This document shows positions 53,504-62,885 of a stretch of 64,000 nucleotides of DNA, piece by piece. The stretch comes from Caulobacterales bacterium (GTDB lineage: Bacteria; Pseudomonadota; Alphaproteobacteria; Caulobacterales; Aquidulcibacteraceae): contig JBGAGO010000004.1 in assembly GCA_044226655.1 (NCBI GenBank), positions 16,644-80,643 on the forward strand, given 5' to 3'. The translations under genes and the position numbers were made by a program. Numbering within the stretch: position 1 is the stretch's first letter; every line of letters starts with the position of its first letter. Below the pieces are notes generated by a model. It saw nothing but the letters and a program-made list of their open reading frames with translations. It did no database searches and was not told the DNA's origin.

Positions 53504-55723
53504 TCAGAACACCGCGCGCGCCGCATAGAGCGCCGCGATCTCGGCTTCGCTATAGCCGGCTTCGGCCAAGAGCTCGCCGGTGTGTTCGCCGATGCGCGGC
53601 GCTGGGCGCGTGAAGCCGTGGGCGGCGCCGTCGCTTGCGCCATAGGCCGTCACGCCGAACACGCGCCCGAAATCGGCATGGTCATAGCGTTCGAAATAGC
53701 TGTTCTCGGCCAGGAACGCGTCTTGATAGGTGTCGTCGGCGCGGCGCGCGCGGGCGGCGGGCGCGCCGGCCTGCCGTAAGGCGCGCGCCGTCGGTTCGGC
53801 ATCGCGCGCGGCGAACGCCGCGGCGAGGCATTCGCTCAGCGCGCCCTTGCGCGGCGCCGCCAGCGCGTGCGCGGGATCGGCTGGGAAATCTTCAAGCTTC
53901 AAGACCTGCGCCAAAGCCGCCGCCGCGGACGGCGTAACGCAATCGATCCCGATCCAGCCATCGCGGCAGGGATAAAACCGGCGCAGCGCCGTAACGCCCA
54001 GGCAATCGCGATCCCCATCATCCGGCGGCGGCGCGCCGTCGTAGCGCGTGAACGCGTGGGCCTGATAAAACACGCCTTGCCGCGCCAGCGCGGTGACGAC
54101 CTCCTGCCCCGCGCCCGTGCGCAGCCGCGCGTAAAGCGCCGCGAGAATGGAGAACGCGCACACGGCCGCGCTGGCCACGTCATTGACCGCGATCTGATGA
54201 TAGACCGGCGCCTGGCCCGCGCCGCCCTGGCGCTGCATCAGCCCGCTTTCGGCCTGCACCAGCGGATCGAAGCCGGGCCAGGGCGCGCGCTCGCCAATGC
54301 GGCCATAGGCGGTGATCGAGCAGGACACGATGCGCGGATTGCGCGCCCGCAGCGCGGGATAGTCGATGCCGAGCCGCGTACGCACGCCCAGCCGAAAATT
54401 ATCGAGCACGACATCAGCCCGCTCGGCGAGACGATGGAACACGCCGCGGCCGTCCTCCGATTTGAGATCGACTGCGAGCGCGCGCTTGCCGCGATTGAAC
54501 GCCGCGCTGACCAGGCCGGAGGAGCGGAACGGATCGCCCTCCGCGCCTTCGACCTTGATCACATCGGCGCCGAGGCTGGCCAGGATCGCGCCGGTCGAGG
54601 CGCCGGCGATCACCACGCCCATGTCCAGCACGCGCACGCCGTCCAGCAGCGCCGCGGCGCTATCTGTCGCCGCGCGCGCCGGCGATGCACTCCAATCGGG
54701 CGCCTCCGATCTCGTGAGCGCGGCGCGTACGGCGCCGGGGGTTTCGCTGAGATCGGCGCAGATGCCGGGCATCGCCACCAGGCCGCGCGCCTCATCGTGA
54801 ATGCGCACCGCCATCTTGTTGGCCGCCACGGGCTCGCTCTCGAACCAGCTCTCGTTGTCGCGCACGGGCGCGCTGGGCACGCCGGCCGCACGCAGCGCAT
54901 CGAGCCAATCGGCACGCGACCGCGTCTTGAACGCGGCGATGTAGAGCGGCTCGTCCGGCGTCATATCTTCGCCGCGCGGCGGCAAGCCCAGCACCTCGCG
55001 CGCATTCGAAATGAACGGCTCGAACAGAGAGCCCAGGAAAATCCAGACGCCGTCGGCGCATTCATAGACCCGGTAATTGGGCGCGCCGCCCGTCGGCCGC
55101 GCGGTCGCCATCGCAGAGGCGCCGACATCGCGGGTCGAGCCGTTCATTTGCGCGACGGCGTCGAGCCCCGACACACGCAGCCGGCGCCCGCGCCCATCGC
55201 GCGCCCGCGCGATCAGCGCCGCCGCGATCGTGGCCGCGCCCAACACGCCCTGCCCGTAGTGCAGAAGCGGCGCGATGAGATGCACAGGCTGGTCGGCGAA
55301 ACTGCCCTGCCGGAACGCGACGGCCGAGATCGCGCTCAGCAGAAGATGCGAGGGCGGCAATTCGGATTCTTCGCCGGCATGGCCATAGGGCGGCAGCCAG
55401 GCATGGATCACCGCCGGATGGCGCGCGAGGACGGAGTCGGGCGCGAACGGCGATTGCGCCAGCGTGCGCGGACTGAGATCGAACACCGCCACGTCGGCGC
55501 GGGCCAGCAGGCGCTCGGCTTCGGCCGCGCCTGCCGCAGCGTCAAGATCGAGCGCATAGAGCCGCTTATTGCGCCCCCACATCGCGGCATCGGGCGGATC
55601 GCGCGGCGAAGGCGGCGTGAGCTTGACCACGTCCGCCCCGAAATCGGCCAGCAGCATGGCAGCGAGGGAGCCGGGCGCCTGGGTCGCGAAATCCAACACC
55701 CGCACGCCCGCAAACGCCGTCAT
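53504..55723 (-). CDS. tandem-fused family III (CaiB/BaiF) CoA-transferase
   Basis: There are two CaiB-like modules. The first starts GVRVLDFATQAPGSLAAMLLADFGADVVKL. The second starts GVRVLDMGVVIAGASTGAILASLGADVIKVE near residue 370. Confidence 0.88.
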   Translation of the reverse strand: MTAFAGVRVLDFATQAPGSLAAMLLADFGADVVKLTPPSPRDPPDAAMWGRNKRLYALDLDAAAGAAEAERLLARADVAVFDLSPRTLAQSPFAPDSVLARHPAVIHAWLPPYGHAGEESELPPSHLLLSAISAVAFRQGSFADQPVHLIAPLLHYGQGVLGAATIAAALIARARDGRGRRLRVSGLDAVAQMNGSTRDVGASAMATARPTGGAPNYRVYECADGVWIFLGSLFEPFISNAREVLGLPPRGEDMTPDEPLYIAAFKTRSRADWLDALRAAGVPSAPVRDNESWFESEPVAANKMAVRIHDEARGLVAMPGICADLSETPGAVRAALTRSEAPDWSASPARAATDSAAALLDGVRVLDMGVVIAGASTGAILASLGADVIKVEGAEGDPFRSSGLVSAAFNRGKRALAVDLKSEDGRGVFHRLAERADVVLDNFRLGVRTRLGIDYPALRARNPRIVSCSITAYGRIGERAPWPGFDPLVQAESGLMQRQGGAGQAPVYHQIAVNDVASAAVCAFSILAALYARLRTGAGQEVVTALARQGVFYQAHAFTRYDGAPPPDDGDRDCLGVTALRRFYPCRDGWIGIDCVTPSAAAALAQVLKLEDFPADPAHALAAPRKGALSECLAAAFAARDAEPTARALRQAGAPAARARRADDTYQDAFLAENSYFERYDHADFGRVFGVTAYGASDGAAHGFTRPAPRIGEHTGELLAEAGYSEAEIAALYAARAVF

Positions 55724-55800
55724 ACATGCTCCCGATCCGCTGTTTTGCCGGCATGGAAGCGCGTGGACGGTCCGCTGTCATCCCCTTTTACGCTCGCGGC

Positions 55801-56109
55801 CTAGCGGCGGCGGGCGCGCGACACTTCGAATTCGCCGCGCGCACCCATATCGGCGAGGCGGGCGCGCAGCCGGCGCAGGCCGTCATCCTGGTGCAGCAGC
55901 TTCTGCATCATCGTGCGCGAGCGCCGGCCCCGCAGACGCACATAGAGCAACGTATCCCGGATTTCGTAACCTTCGACGCTGATGAGGCGCGGCGCGGCGG
56001 CTTCGACAGCGCCGACGAGGCTTTCGGCCCAGCCCGATTTATCGTCCGCGCGCCAATACAGCGGATCGAGCGCCAATTGCAGCGTGAGCTGGCATTCCGC
56101 CTCGGCCAT
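55801..56109 (-). CDS. hypothetical protein (102 aa)
   Basis: GAGGGA lies before the ATG and the composition is coding-like. No family recognised. Confidence 0.45.
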   Translation of the reverse strand: MAEAECQLTLQLALDPLYWRADDKSGWAESLVGAVEAAAPRLISVEGYEIRDTLLYVRLRGRRSRTMMQKLLHQDDGLRRLRARLADMGARGEFEVSRARRR

Positions 56110-56195
56110 CTATCCCTCAATCAAGCCGTTCGCGCCCCTTGCCAGCGCTGAAAAGTGTACGCGATGTTAACGCGCACGTCCGTTATATCTATGTC

Positions 56196-56735
56196 ATGCG
56201 CCGCGCACTTGTGCTCCATCCCGCGTTCCAATGTGCGCCCGTCAGCGCGCTCGACGCAGACATCGCGCGGCCCACGCCGTCGACTCTTCTGCTCCGCTTT
56301 ACACTCGATGGTTCGCTCCCCGCGCTCGCCTTGCCGCAACCGGCCGCGCCGGCGCGCGCGGACGAACTCTGGAAGCACACCTGCTTCGAAGCCTTCCTCA
56401 AACCGTTCGGCGATGACCGCTATTTCGAATTCAACCTCGCGCCCTCGCGCCAATGGGCCGCCTATGCGTTCACAGACTATCGCGCCGGCATGCGCAACGC
56501 CGGTGAACTCGGCGCGCCCGACATTGCGATCACGCGCAGCGGCGATGATCGCTTCGAGCTGCGCGCCGCCTTCGATTTGAGCAAAGCCGGCGTCGAGGAC
56601 GGCGCGTGGCGTGTGGGCCTCTCCGCCGTCATCGAAGAGCGCGGCGGCGCCATCTCCTATTGGGCGGCGCAACACGCACCCGGCCGGCCCGATTTTCATC
56701 ACGCCGATAGCTTCTCACTCGTGCTATCTCTATGA
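56196..56735 (+). CDS. DOMON-like domain protein
   Basis: The pattern LWKHTCFEAFLKP...YFEFNLAPSRQWAAYAFTDYRAGM is recalled from DOMON-like proteins of Rhizobiales. Confidence 0.55.
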   Translation: MRRALVLHPAFQCAPVSALDADIARPTPSTLLLRFTLDGSLPALALPQPAAPARADELWKHTCFEAFLKPFGDDRYFEFNLAPSRQWAAYAFTDYRAGMRNAGELGAPDIAITRSGDDRFELRAAFDLSKAGVEDGAWRVGLSAVIEERGGAISYWAAQHAPGRPDFHHADSFSLVLSL

Positions 56736-56762
56736 GACCGACGCCATAAGGGAGCGTCTGAA

Positions 56763-57266
56763 TTGCAGAAATTCTTACTAGTAGCTGCCTTGCTTTTGAC
56801 TCCGCCAGCTTTTGCACAAAGCAACTCGACGGCTTGTGCAGCATCGGAACAGTTTGAAGTGGACGCTCACGTGCAGCAAATCGCCGAAGCATATGCATTG
56901 GACGCGGTCGACCTTGCCCGAGATAACTTTGGCAATACACTTGATTGGAGTGATGCAAGCGTCTCGTCCGTCGAAGACATGTTGGCGGAACTCTACACGC
57001 AGCGCGGTGTCGCGCGTCCTTCAGAAGACCAAGTTTGGACTGTTGCGAAGGCGTTCGGAAGCTATATCGGCGAGGTCTTCCGCAGAAATCACGGCGCTAC
57101 GTGGGGAATGACGTCGGTCAACGGCGAAGCACTCCCCGGAATCCAAGGGTCAAACTCATGTGCGCTTTTCTGGCCCTGGAGCAAAGTCTTTGGTCGCCTG
57201 AGCAATGGGTCCGAGGACAACGTTTGGACCTACTATCAAGTGCTCATGGTCGGTGAACACCAATGA
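56763..57266 (+). CDS. hypothetical exported protein encoded by a low-GC islet (TTG start)
   Basis: AAGGGAG sits 8 nt before the TTG. It has a signal peptide (MQKFLLVAALLLTPPAFA). GC is visibly about 50% against about two-thirds in the flanks. The stop overlaps the next gene's ATG (ATGA). Confidence 0.5.
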   Translation: MQKFLLVAALLLTPPAFAQSNSTACAASEQFEVDAHVQQIAEAYALDAVDLARDNFGNTLDWSDASVSSVEDMLAELYTQRGVARPSEDQVWTVAKAFGSYIGEVFRRNHGATWGMTSVNGEALPGIQGSNSCALFWPWSKVFGRLSNGSEDNVWTYYQVLMVGEHQ

Positions 57267-58468
57267 AATTCGGCCTCGACCGCCTGCTCGAAGAGCCCAG
57301 CCTGCGCGCGCCTTTGCGGGGCAAGCGCGTGGCGCTGCTGGCGCACCCCGCTTCCGTCACGCGCGATCTCACGCATGCGCTCGATGCGCTGGCGGCGACG
57401 GGCGATCTCAATCTCACCGCCGCCTTTGGCCCGCAGCACGGCCTGCGCGGCGATAAGCAGGACAACATGGTCGAAAGCCCGGATTTCAACGATCCGGTTC
57501 TGGGCGTGCCGGTGTTCAGCCTTTACGGCCAGGTGCGCAAGCCGACGGATGCGTCGATGGAGACGTTCGACGTGATGCTCGTCGATCTCCAGGACCTCGG
57601 CTGCCGCATCTACACCTTCATCACGACCTTGCGCTACGCGCTCGAAGCGGCGGCGCAGCATGGCAAAGCGGTGTGGGTGCTCGATCGGCCGAACCCGGTC
57701 GGGCGGCCGATCGAAGGGCTGACTTTGCGCGCCGGCTGGGAAAGCTTCGTGGGCGCCGGGCCGATGCCGATGCGCCATGGCCTGACGCTTGGCGAACTCG
57801 GCCATTGGTTCATCAAGCGCTTGAAGCTCGACGTCGATTATCGCGTGATCGCGATGGAAAGCTGGCGCCCGGACGATGCGCCCGGCTTCGGCTGGCCGCT
57901 CGGCGAGCGCACCTGGGTCAATCCGAGCCCCAACGCGCCCAACCTCTTCATGGCGCGCGCCTATGCCGGCACGGTGATGCTGGAAGGCGCCACGCTCTCG
58001 GAAGGCCGCGGCACGACGCGCCCGCTCGAACTCTTCGGCGCGCCCGATATCGATGCACGCCGCGTGATCGCGGAGATGCACGCGCTCGCGCCGCACTGGC
58101 TCCAAGGCTGCCGCCTGCGCGATTGCTGGTTCGAGCCGACGTTTCACAAACATGTCGGCAAGCTGTGCAGCGGCGTGCAGATCCATACCGAAGATCCCGC
58201 GCATTACGATCACGCCGCGTTCAAGCCCTGGCGGGTGCAGGCGCTCGCCTTCAAGGCGATCCGCCGGCTCGCTCCGGGCTACGACCTCTGGCGCGATTTT
58301 CCCTACGAGTACGAAATCGGGAAGCTGCCGATCAACGTCATCAATGGCGGGCCGGCGCTCAAGGATTGGGTGGACGATTCGGACGCCGCGCCGGGCGATC
58401 TCGACGCGCTGGCCGCGCCCGATGAGGGCGCCTGGGCCGAGGAACGGCGGCCTTTCCTGCTCTATTGA
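57263..58468 (+). CDS. DUF1343 family protein (NamZ-like exo-beta-N-acetylmuramidase)
   Basis: [45 protein letters not shown] and [10 protein letters not shown]. Confidence 0.88.
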   Translation: MKFGLDRLLEEPSLRAPLRGKRVALLAHPASVTRDLTHALDALAATGDLNLTAAFGPQHGLRGDKQDNMVESPDFNDPVLGVPVFSLYGQVRKPTDASMETFDVMLVDLQDLGCRIYTFITTLRYALEAAAQHGKAVWVLDRPNPVGRPIEGLTLRAGWESFVGAGPMPMRHGLTLGELGHWFIKRLKLDVDYRVIAMESWRPDDAPGFGWPLGERTWVNPSPNAPNLFMARAYAGTVMLEGATLSEGRGTTRPLELFGAPDIDARRVIAEMHALAPHWLQGCRLRDCWFEPTFHKHVGKLCSGVQIHTEDPAHYDHAAFKPWRVQALAFKAIRRLAPGYDLWRDFPYEYEIGKLPINVINGGPALKDWVDDSDAAPGDLDALAAPDEGAWAEERRPFLLY

Positions 58469-58670
58469 GGGGCTGCAGCCATCACCAAATCGCGTGTTGC
58501 CCCTGGGCGGTTTCCTTGGTACGCAGCCCCATCACTCGTTCTTGGGTCGGCGCGCCACCAAGCCTGCTGCGTTCGCTGAACGCCCCGCTGCCGGGCCTGC
58601 CCTTCACCAACATTTCGATGCGATCACGCAGCGCATTTCTGCTGCGTGCACCTATAGTAAGGCACGACTT

Positions 58671-58880
58671 ATGACGACTGGGACCGTGAAGTGGTTCAAC
58701 AGCCAAAAGGGCTTTGGTTTCATTCAGCCGGATGACGGCGGCGCGGACGTGTTCGTCCACATCTCGGCCGTGGAGCGCGCCGGCCTGCGCACGCTGAACG
58801 AAGGCCAGAAGATCAGCTTCGAGCTGGAAAAGGACAAGCGCAGCGGCAAGATGTCTGCGGGATCGCTCGCCGCCGTCTAA
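58671..58880 (+). CDS. cspA: cold-shock protein (CspA family)
   Basis: [33 protein letters not shown] contains the RNP1 and RNP2 motifs. The 5' leader is about 200 nt long. Confidence 0.92.
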   Translation: MTTGTVKWFNSQKGFGFIQPDDGGADVFVHISAVERAGLRTLNEGQKISFELEKDKRSGKMSAGSLAAV

Positions 58881-58904
58881 GCACGCGCCATCGCGAATTG
58901 GAGC

Positions 58905-58934
58905 GGGGCCGCACTTGCCGTGCGGCCCCGTTTT
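58905..58934 (+). terminator. intrinsic terminator after cspA
   Basis: GGGGCCGCAC-ttgcc-GTGCGGCCCC followed by GTTTT. Confidence 0.75.
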
Positions 58935-58950
58935 CATGTCTGCGCCACGC

Positions 58951-59808
58951 TCAGGCCGGCTTGCGCGAGCGGTGATAGGGCCGATCGCCGAGGATGGTGG
59001 CGCGGATCATCACACGCCGGTTCGGCAGATAATCGTTCACGGCGTAATGCTGGGTGATGCGATTGTCCCAGAACGCGACCGCATTGTCCTTCCAGCGCCA
59101 GCGCACTTGGAATTCCGGCTTCTGAATGTGCTCGAACAGCATGGAGAGGATCGCGTCGCTCTCCTTGCGCTTGATGCCCGCGATCCGCTCGGTGAAAGCG
59201 AAATTGACGAACAGGCCATCCTCGCCGGTTTCAGGATGGGTGCGGATGACGGGATGGCGCACGGGCGGGTGCGCTTCGACCGCGGCGGCATGCTTCTCGG
59301 CGCCCGCCTGCTTGGCCACCACGCCGCGCTGGGGAAAGCCGCGCGCGAAATCATGCACGGCGTCGAGCTGAGACAGGAAATCCCGGAACGGCGTCGACAG
59401 CGTTTCGTACGCCGCCTTCATGCTCGACCAGCAGGTATCGCCGCCATCGGCCGGCAGCAGGCGCGCATAGAGAATGGCGCCGAGCGGCGGCGTTTCGATG
59501 AACGTGACATCGGTGTGCCACGCATCATTGTCGGTCGGGTTTTCCTTGTGGTTGTCGAGCGTGAACAGCTCCGGCGCCTCGGGCACGCCGGGATAGAGCG
59601 GATGGGTGTGGAGCGCGCCGAACCGCGCCGCGAAATCGCGGTGCTGCGTGGGCGTCATGTGCTGATCTTCGAAGAAGATCACGTGATGCTTCAGCAGCGC
59701 CTCGCGAACGTCGTGAATCTGCTCTTCATCGAGCTTTTTGGACAGATCGACGCCTTCAATGACGGCCCCGATCGTGGGCGTGAGGCGGCGGATGAGGGGA
59801 CGTGGCAC
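58951..59808 (-). CDS. TauD/TfdA-family Fe(II)/2-oxoglutarate dioxygenase
   Basis: WHTDVTF (HxD), GGDTCWSSM and the C-terminal WDNRITQH. GTG start. Confidence 0.9.
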   Translation of the reverse strand: MPRPLIRRLTPTIGAVIEGVDLSKKLDEEQIHDVREALLKHHVIFFEDQHMTPTQHRDFAARFGALHTHPLYPGVPEAPELFTLDNHKENPTDNDAWHTDVTFIETPPLGAILYARLLPADGGDTCWSSMKAAYETLSTPFRDFLSQLDAVHDFARGFPQRGVVAKQAGAEKHAAAVEAHPPVRHPVIRTHPETGEDGLFVNFAFTERIAGIKRKESDAILSMLFEHIQKPEFQVRWRWKDNAVAFWDNRITQHYAVNDYLPNRRVMIRATILGDRPYHRSRKPA

Positions 59809-59948
59809 GGGCGGCCGCTCCTATGGAACCTGGCGCCCACTATGCCGGCGCGCCCGCCGGCGCTCAATGGCCGGCACGCGCCGCGCATTTTTCTTTTCCT
59901 GTCTGTCGGATAGAGCGGAGCTAAACCGTCTTCGGGAAAGAGGCCCCC

Positions 59949-60314
59949 ATGCTTTACGCCTTCCTCTGTTACAACAATGAGCGCGTCGTCACCGCCTGGT
60001 CGAAAGAGGAGGATGACGCCGTCATGGCGCGCCTGGACGTCGTCCATCAAAAGCTCAAAGCGTCCGGCCAATACCGCGGCTCGCTCCGGCTCATGCCGAC
60101 CACGGCGGCCACCACGCTCATCAAGGAAAAGGACCTCGTGCTCGACGGGCCCTACGCGGAAACCAAAGAAGCCCTGCTCGGCTTCTATGTGATCGATTGC
60201 GCCTCACTCGAGGACGCAATCGAGATCGCGCGCGATCTGGGCAAGGCCAATCCGGGCGGCGCCTACGAAATCCGGCCCGTGCGCTATTCCGACGACGCGC
60301 TGGCGCCCGCGTGA
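59949..60314 (+). CDS. YciI-family protein
   Basis: MLYAFLCY...DGPYAETKEALLGFYVIDCASLEDAIEIA. Confidence 0.85.
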   Translation: MLYAFLCYNNERVVTAWSKEEDDAVMARLDVVHQKLKASGQYRGSLRLMPTTAATTLIKEKDLVLDGPYAETKEALLGFYVIDCASLEDAIEIARDLGKANPGGAYEIRPVRYSDDALAPA

Positions 60315-61558
60315 GCGAAACCGCGTGGATCGCCGCGGCGCTGACGGCCGCGCGCCCACAAGCTGTCAGCGCGCTCCTGCGCCATTTCCGCAATCTCGAT
60401 ATCGCCGAAGAGGCCTATCAGGAGGCGTGCCTGCGCGCGCTTAAGCATTGGCCGAACAACGGCCCGCCGCGCGATCCGGCGGCTTGGCTCATCTTCGTGG
60501 GCCGCAATGCCGGCATCGATGCCGTGCGCAAGAAAAGCCGCGAAACCGATCTGCCGGAAGAAGACCAGCTCTCCGATCTCGGCGACGCCGAGGGCGCGCT
60601 CGCCGAGACGCTGGACGCGCGCGATTATCGCGACGACGTGCTGCGTCTGATGTTCGTGTGCTGCCCGCCCGATCTGCCGGCGACGCAGCAGATCGCGCTC
60701 GCTCTGCGTATCGTTTCGGGCTTGAGCGTCGGCCAGATCGCGCGCGCATTCCTGGTGTCGGAAACCGCGATGGAGCAGCGCATCACGCGCGCCAAGCGCA
60801 AGATCGCTGCAGCCGGCGCCGTGTTCGAAGCGCCAGCGGCGCCCGAACGCACCGCCCGCCTCGCCGCCGTCGCGGCCATGCTCTATCTGCTGTTCAATGA
60901 AGGCTATTCCGCTGCTTCGCGCGACGCCGAGGCGCGCGCGCCACTGTGCGCGGAAGCCATGCGGCTGACGCGGCTCCTGCTGCAGCTCTTCCCGGCCGAG
61001 CCCGAGATCATGGGCCTGCTCGCGCTGATGCTGTTGCAGCATGCGCGCAGCGCCGCCCGGTTCGACGCCGCGGGCGATATCGTGCTGCTCGACGCGCAGG
61101 ACCGTGCGCGATGGGATCAGAGCGAGATCAGCGAGGGCCTCGCCCTGCTCGACAAAGCCATGCGCCACCGGCTGCGCGGCCCTTACCAAATCCAGGCCGC
61201 GATCGCCGCGCTGCACGATCGCGCGCATACAGCCGCGGAGACCGATTGGGTGCAGATCGATTTGCTCTACGCCGCGCTCGAAGAGCTGCAGCCGTCGCCG
61301 GTCGTCACGCTCAACCGCGCCGTCGCGGTGTCGAAAGCGCGCGGCGCGGCGGCGGCGCTTGAGATGATCGCGCCGCTGGAGGCGCGGCTTTCGAGCTATT
61401 TCTATTTCCACGGTCTGCGCGGCGCGCTTTTGCAACAGCTTGGCCGCAATTCTGAAGCGCGTGAAGCGCTGGGCCGCGCCATCGCGCTCGCGCAATCGCC
61501 GGCGGAAGCCGCACACATTCGCGCGCAGCTCGATCAGCTCGCGGCGGATTCCGGCTGA
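60311..61558 (+). CDS. ECF-type RNA polymerase sigma factor with long C-terminal extension
   Basis: The GTG overlaps the YciI stop (GTGA). Sigma-2 region (AEEAYQEACLRALKHWP...PAAWLIFVGRNAGIDAVRK). Sigma-4 HTH (LRIVSGLSVGQIARAFLVSETAMEQRITRAKRKI). The C-terminal ~230 aa are helical. Confidence 0.85.
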   Translation: MSETAWIAAALTAARPQAVSALLRHFRNLDIAEEAYQEACLRALKHWPNNGPPRDPAAWLIFVGRNAGIDAVRKKSRETDLPEEDQLSDLGDAEGALAETLDARDYRDDVLRLMFVCCPPDLPATQQIALALRIVSGLSVGQIARAFLVSETAMEQRITRAKRKIAAAGAVFEAPAAPERTARLAAVAAMLYLLFNEGYSAASRDAEARAPLCAEAMRLTRLLLQLFPAEPEIMGLLALMLLQHARSAARFDAAGDIVLLDAQDRARWDQSEISEGLALLDKAMRHRLRGPYQIQAAIAALHDRAHTAAETDWVQIDLLYAALEELQPSPVVTLNRAVAVSKARGAAAALEMIAPLEARLSSYFYFHGLRGALLQQLGRNSEAREALGRAIALAQSPAEAAHIRAQLDQLAADSG

Positions 61559-61660
61559 TATTTTTCGCCGCGCCGTCGGCGCCAAATCCGCCGCGGCGTC
61601 TTTTAGAAGACAGCGGCGCGCCGCCCTCGTCGAACGCCGTTGATCGAAGGAGCCCGACAG

Positions 61661-62017
61661 ATGCGCTTTCTCACTCTCTATACGCCCGCGCAGCCGCCGA
61701 GCGGCCCGCCCTCGGCCGAGCATATGCAGCAAATGGGCGCCCTCATGGAGCGCATGATGAAGACCGGCGCCTTGGTGATGACGGGCGGCGTGCTTTCCAG
61801 CGCCACGGGCGCCAAAGTGAAGCTGGCGCGCGGCGCCTATGACATCGCTCTTGGTCCCTTCTCCACCGGCTCCGTGCTGATGGGCGCAGCCGGCTGGGCG
61901 ATTCTCGATGCGCCCTCGCGTGAGGCCGTCATCGAGATGGTCAAAGAATTTCTGGCCGTGGCCGGTGACGGGACCTCCGAGCTGATCCAGCTGATGGAAG
62001 GCCCCCCGCCTTCGTGA
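61661..62017 (+). CDS. YciI-like protein
   Basis: GGAG lies before the ATG at 61661. It has YciI/DGPF-like size and pattern (GWAILDAPSREAVIEMVKEF). Confidence 0.65.
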   Translation: MRFLTLYTPAQPPSGPPSAEHMQQMGALMERMMKTGALVMTGGVLSSATGAKVKLARGAYDIALGPFSTGSVLMGAAGWAILDAPSREAVIEMVKEFLAVAGDGTSELIQLMEGPPPS

Positions 62018-62177
62018 GGCGCGCTGCGCGCCCATCCAACAGCATCGTAACTGACGTTGTATCCCCAGATCACGCCAAAAACGGGAAATCGCCAAGATTT
62101 CGGCGCCGTTGGACACACAAGTGGCGGCCGCGGCGGCGATCGGGCCGCCGCGCGCAGCGCCAAGGGCCAAGTCACAG

Positions 62178-62885
62178 ATGAAACGCAAGAAGCGCGTCGG
62201 GCTGCGCGCCGCCGCTCGCCACGCCCGCCTCGCGCCGTTGCGCCGCGCGGTCATGAAGGCCGGCCGCATTGGCCTGCAGGCTCTGGCGGCAGGCGCCGCT
62301 TTCGCCGCCGCGATGACGGTGGATTTCGATCCGCGCCTGCCGTTCTCGAACACCGCGCCCGCCAGCGCGCATGTGCGCCTCACCTCGCTCAATTGGACGC
62401 TCGATCTCGACGGCGACGGCAAAGCCGATGTCGCCAACCCGACGCATGGGATCATTCGCGGTCGCGACGCCTACGGCTCGGGCGCATTCGACGCCTCGCG
62501 CGATGGCGGACGGCGCCATCATCATGGCTCGGACTATGTCGCCGCACCCGGCGATGTCGTGCGCGCGCCGATTTCCGGCGAGGTGGTGAAGCTCGGCACG
62601 GTCTATGGCCCGCACTCGGGCTATCGCTTCGTCGAATTGCGCAATCCGGATACGCGCCTGATCGCGCGCGTGCTCTACATGGATTCGCGGGTGCGGATCG
62701 GCGATGCGGTCCAGGCCGGCGATCTCATTGGCTTCGCTGAAGACCTCACCAAGCGCTATCGCGGCATCACCAATCACGTGCATGTCGAACTGTCTTCGCC
62801 GCAGGCGCCGCATATCGATCCCGCGCTCGTCATCCCCTCGCCCGGCGCCGTGATCGCAGCCGCGCGCAACGACGACGGCGCTTGA
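62178..62885 (+). CDS. M23-family metallopeptidase
   Basis: HxxxD (HHGSDY) and HxH (NHVHVE), separated by a LytM-type beta region. There is one N-terminal TM/signal segment. Confidence 0.8.
   Translation: MKRKKRVGLRAAARHARLAPLRRAVMKAGRIGLQALAAGAAFAAAMTVDFDPRLPFSNTAPASAHVRLTSLNWTLDLDGDGKADVANPTHGIIRGRDAYGSGAFDASRDGGRRHHHGSDYVAAPGDVVRAPISGEVVKLGTVYGPHSGYRFVELRNPDTRLIARVLYMDSRVRIGDAVQAGDLIGFAEDLTKRYRGITNHVHVELSSPQAPHIDPALVIPSPGAVIAAARNDDGA

Noticed and set aside
53867-55804. 645-aa ORF antisense to the CoA-transferase.
   Set aside because: It is a shadow frame with low-complexity Arg/Ala/Gly composition.
60284-62455. 723-aa ORF antisense to the ECF sigma factor, the YciI-like gene and the start of the M23 peptidase.
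   Set aside because: It spans several well-supported plus-strand genes and their intergenic regions, and it has no domain signatures.
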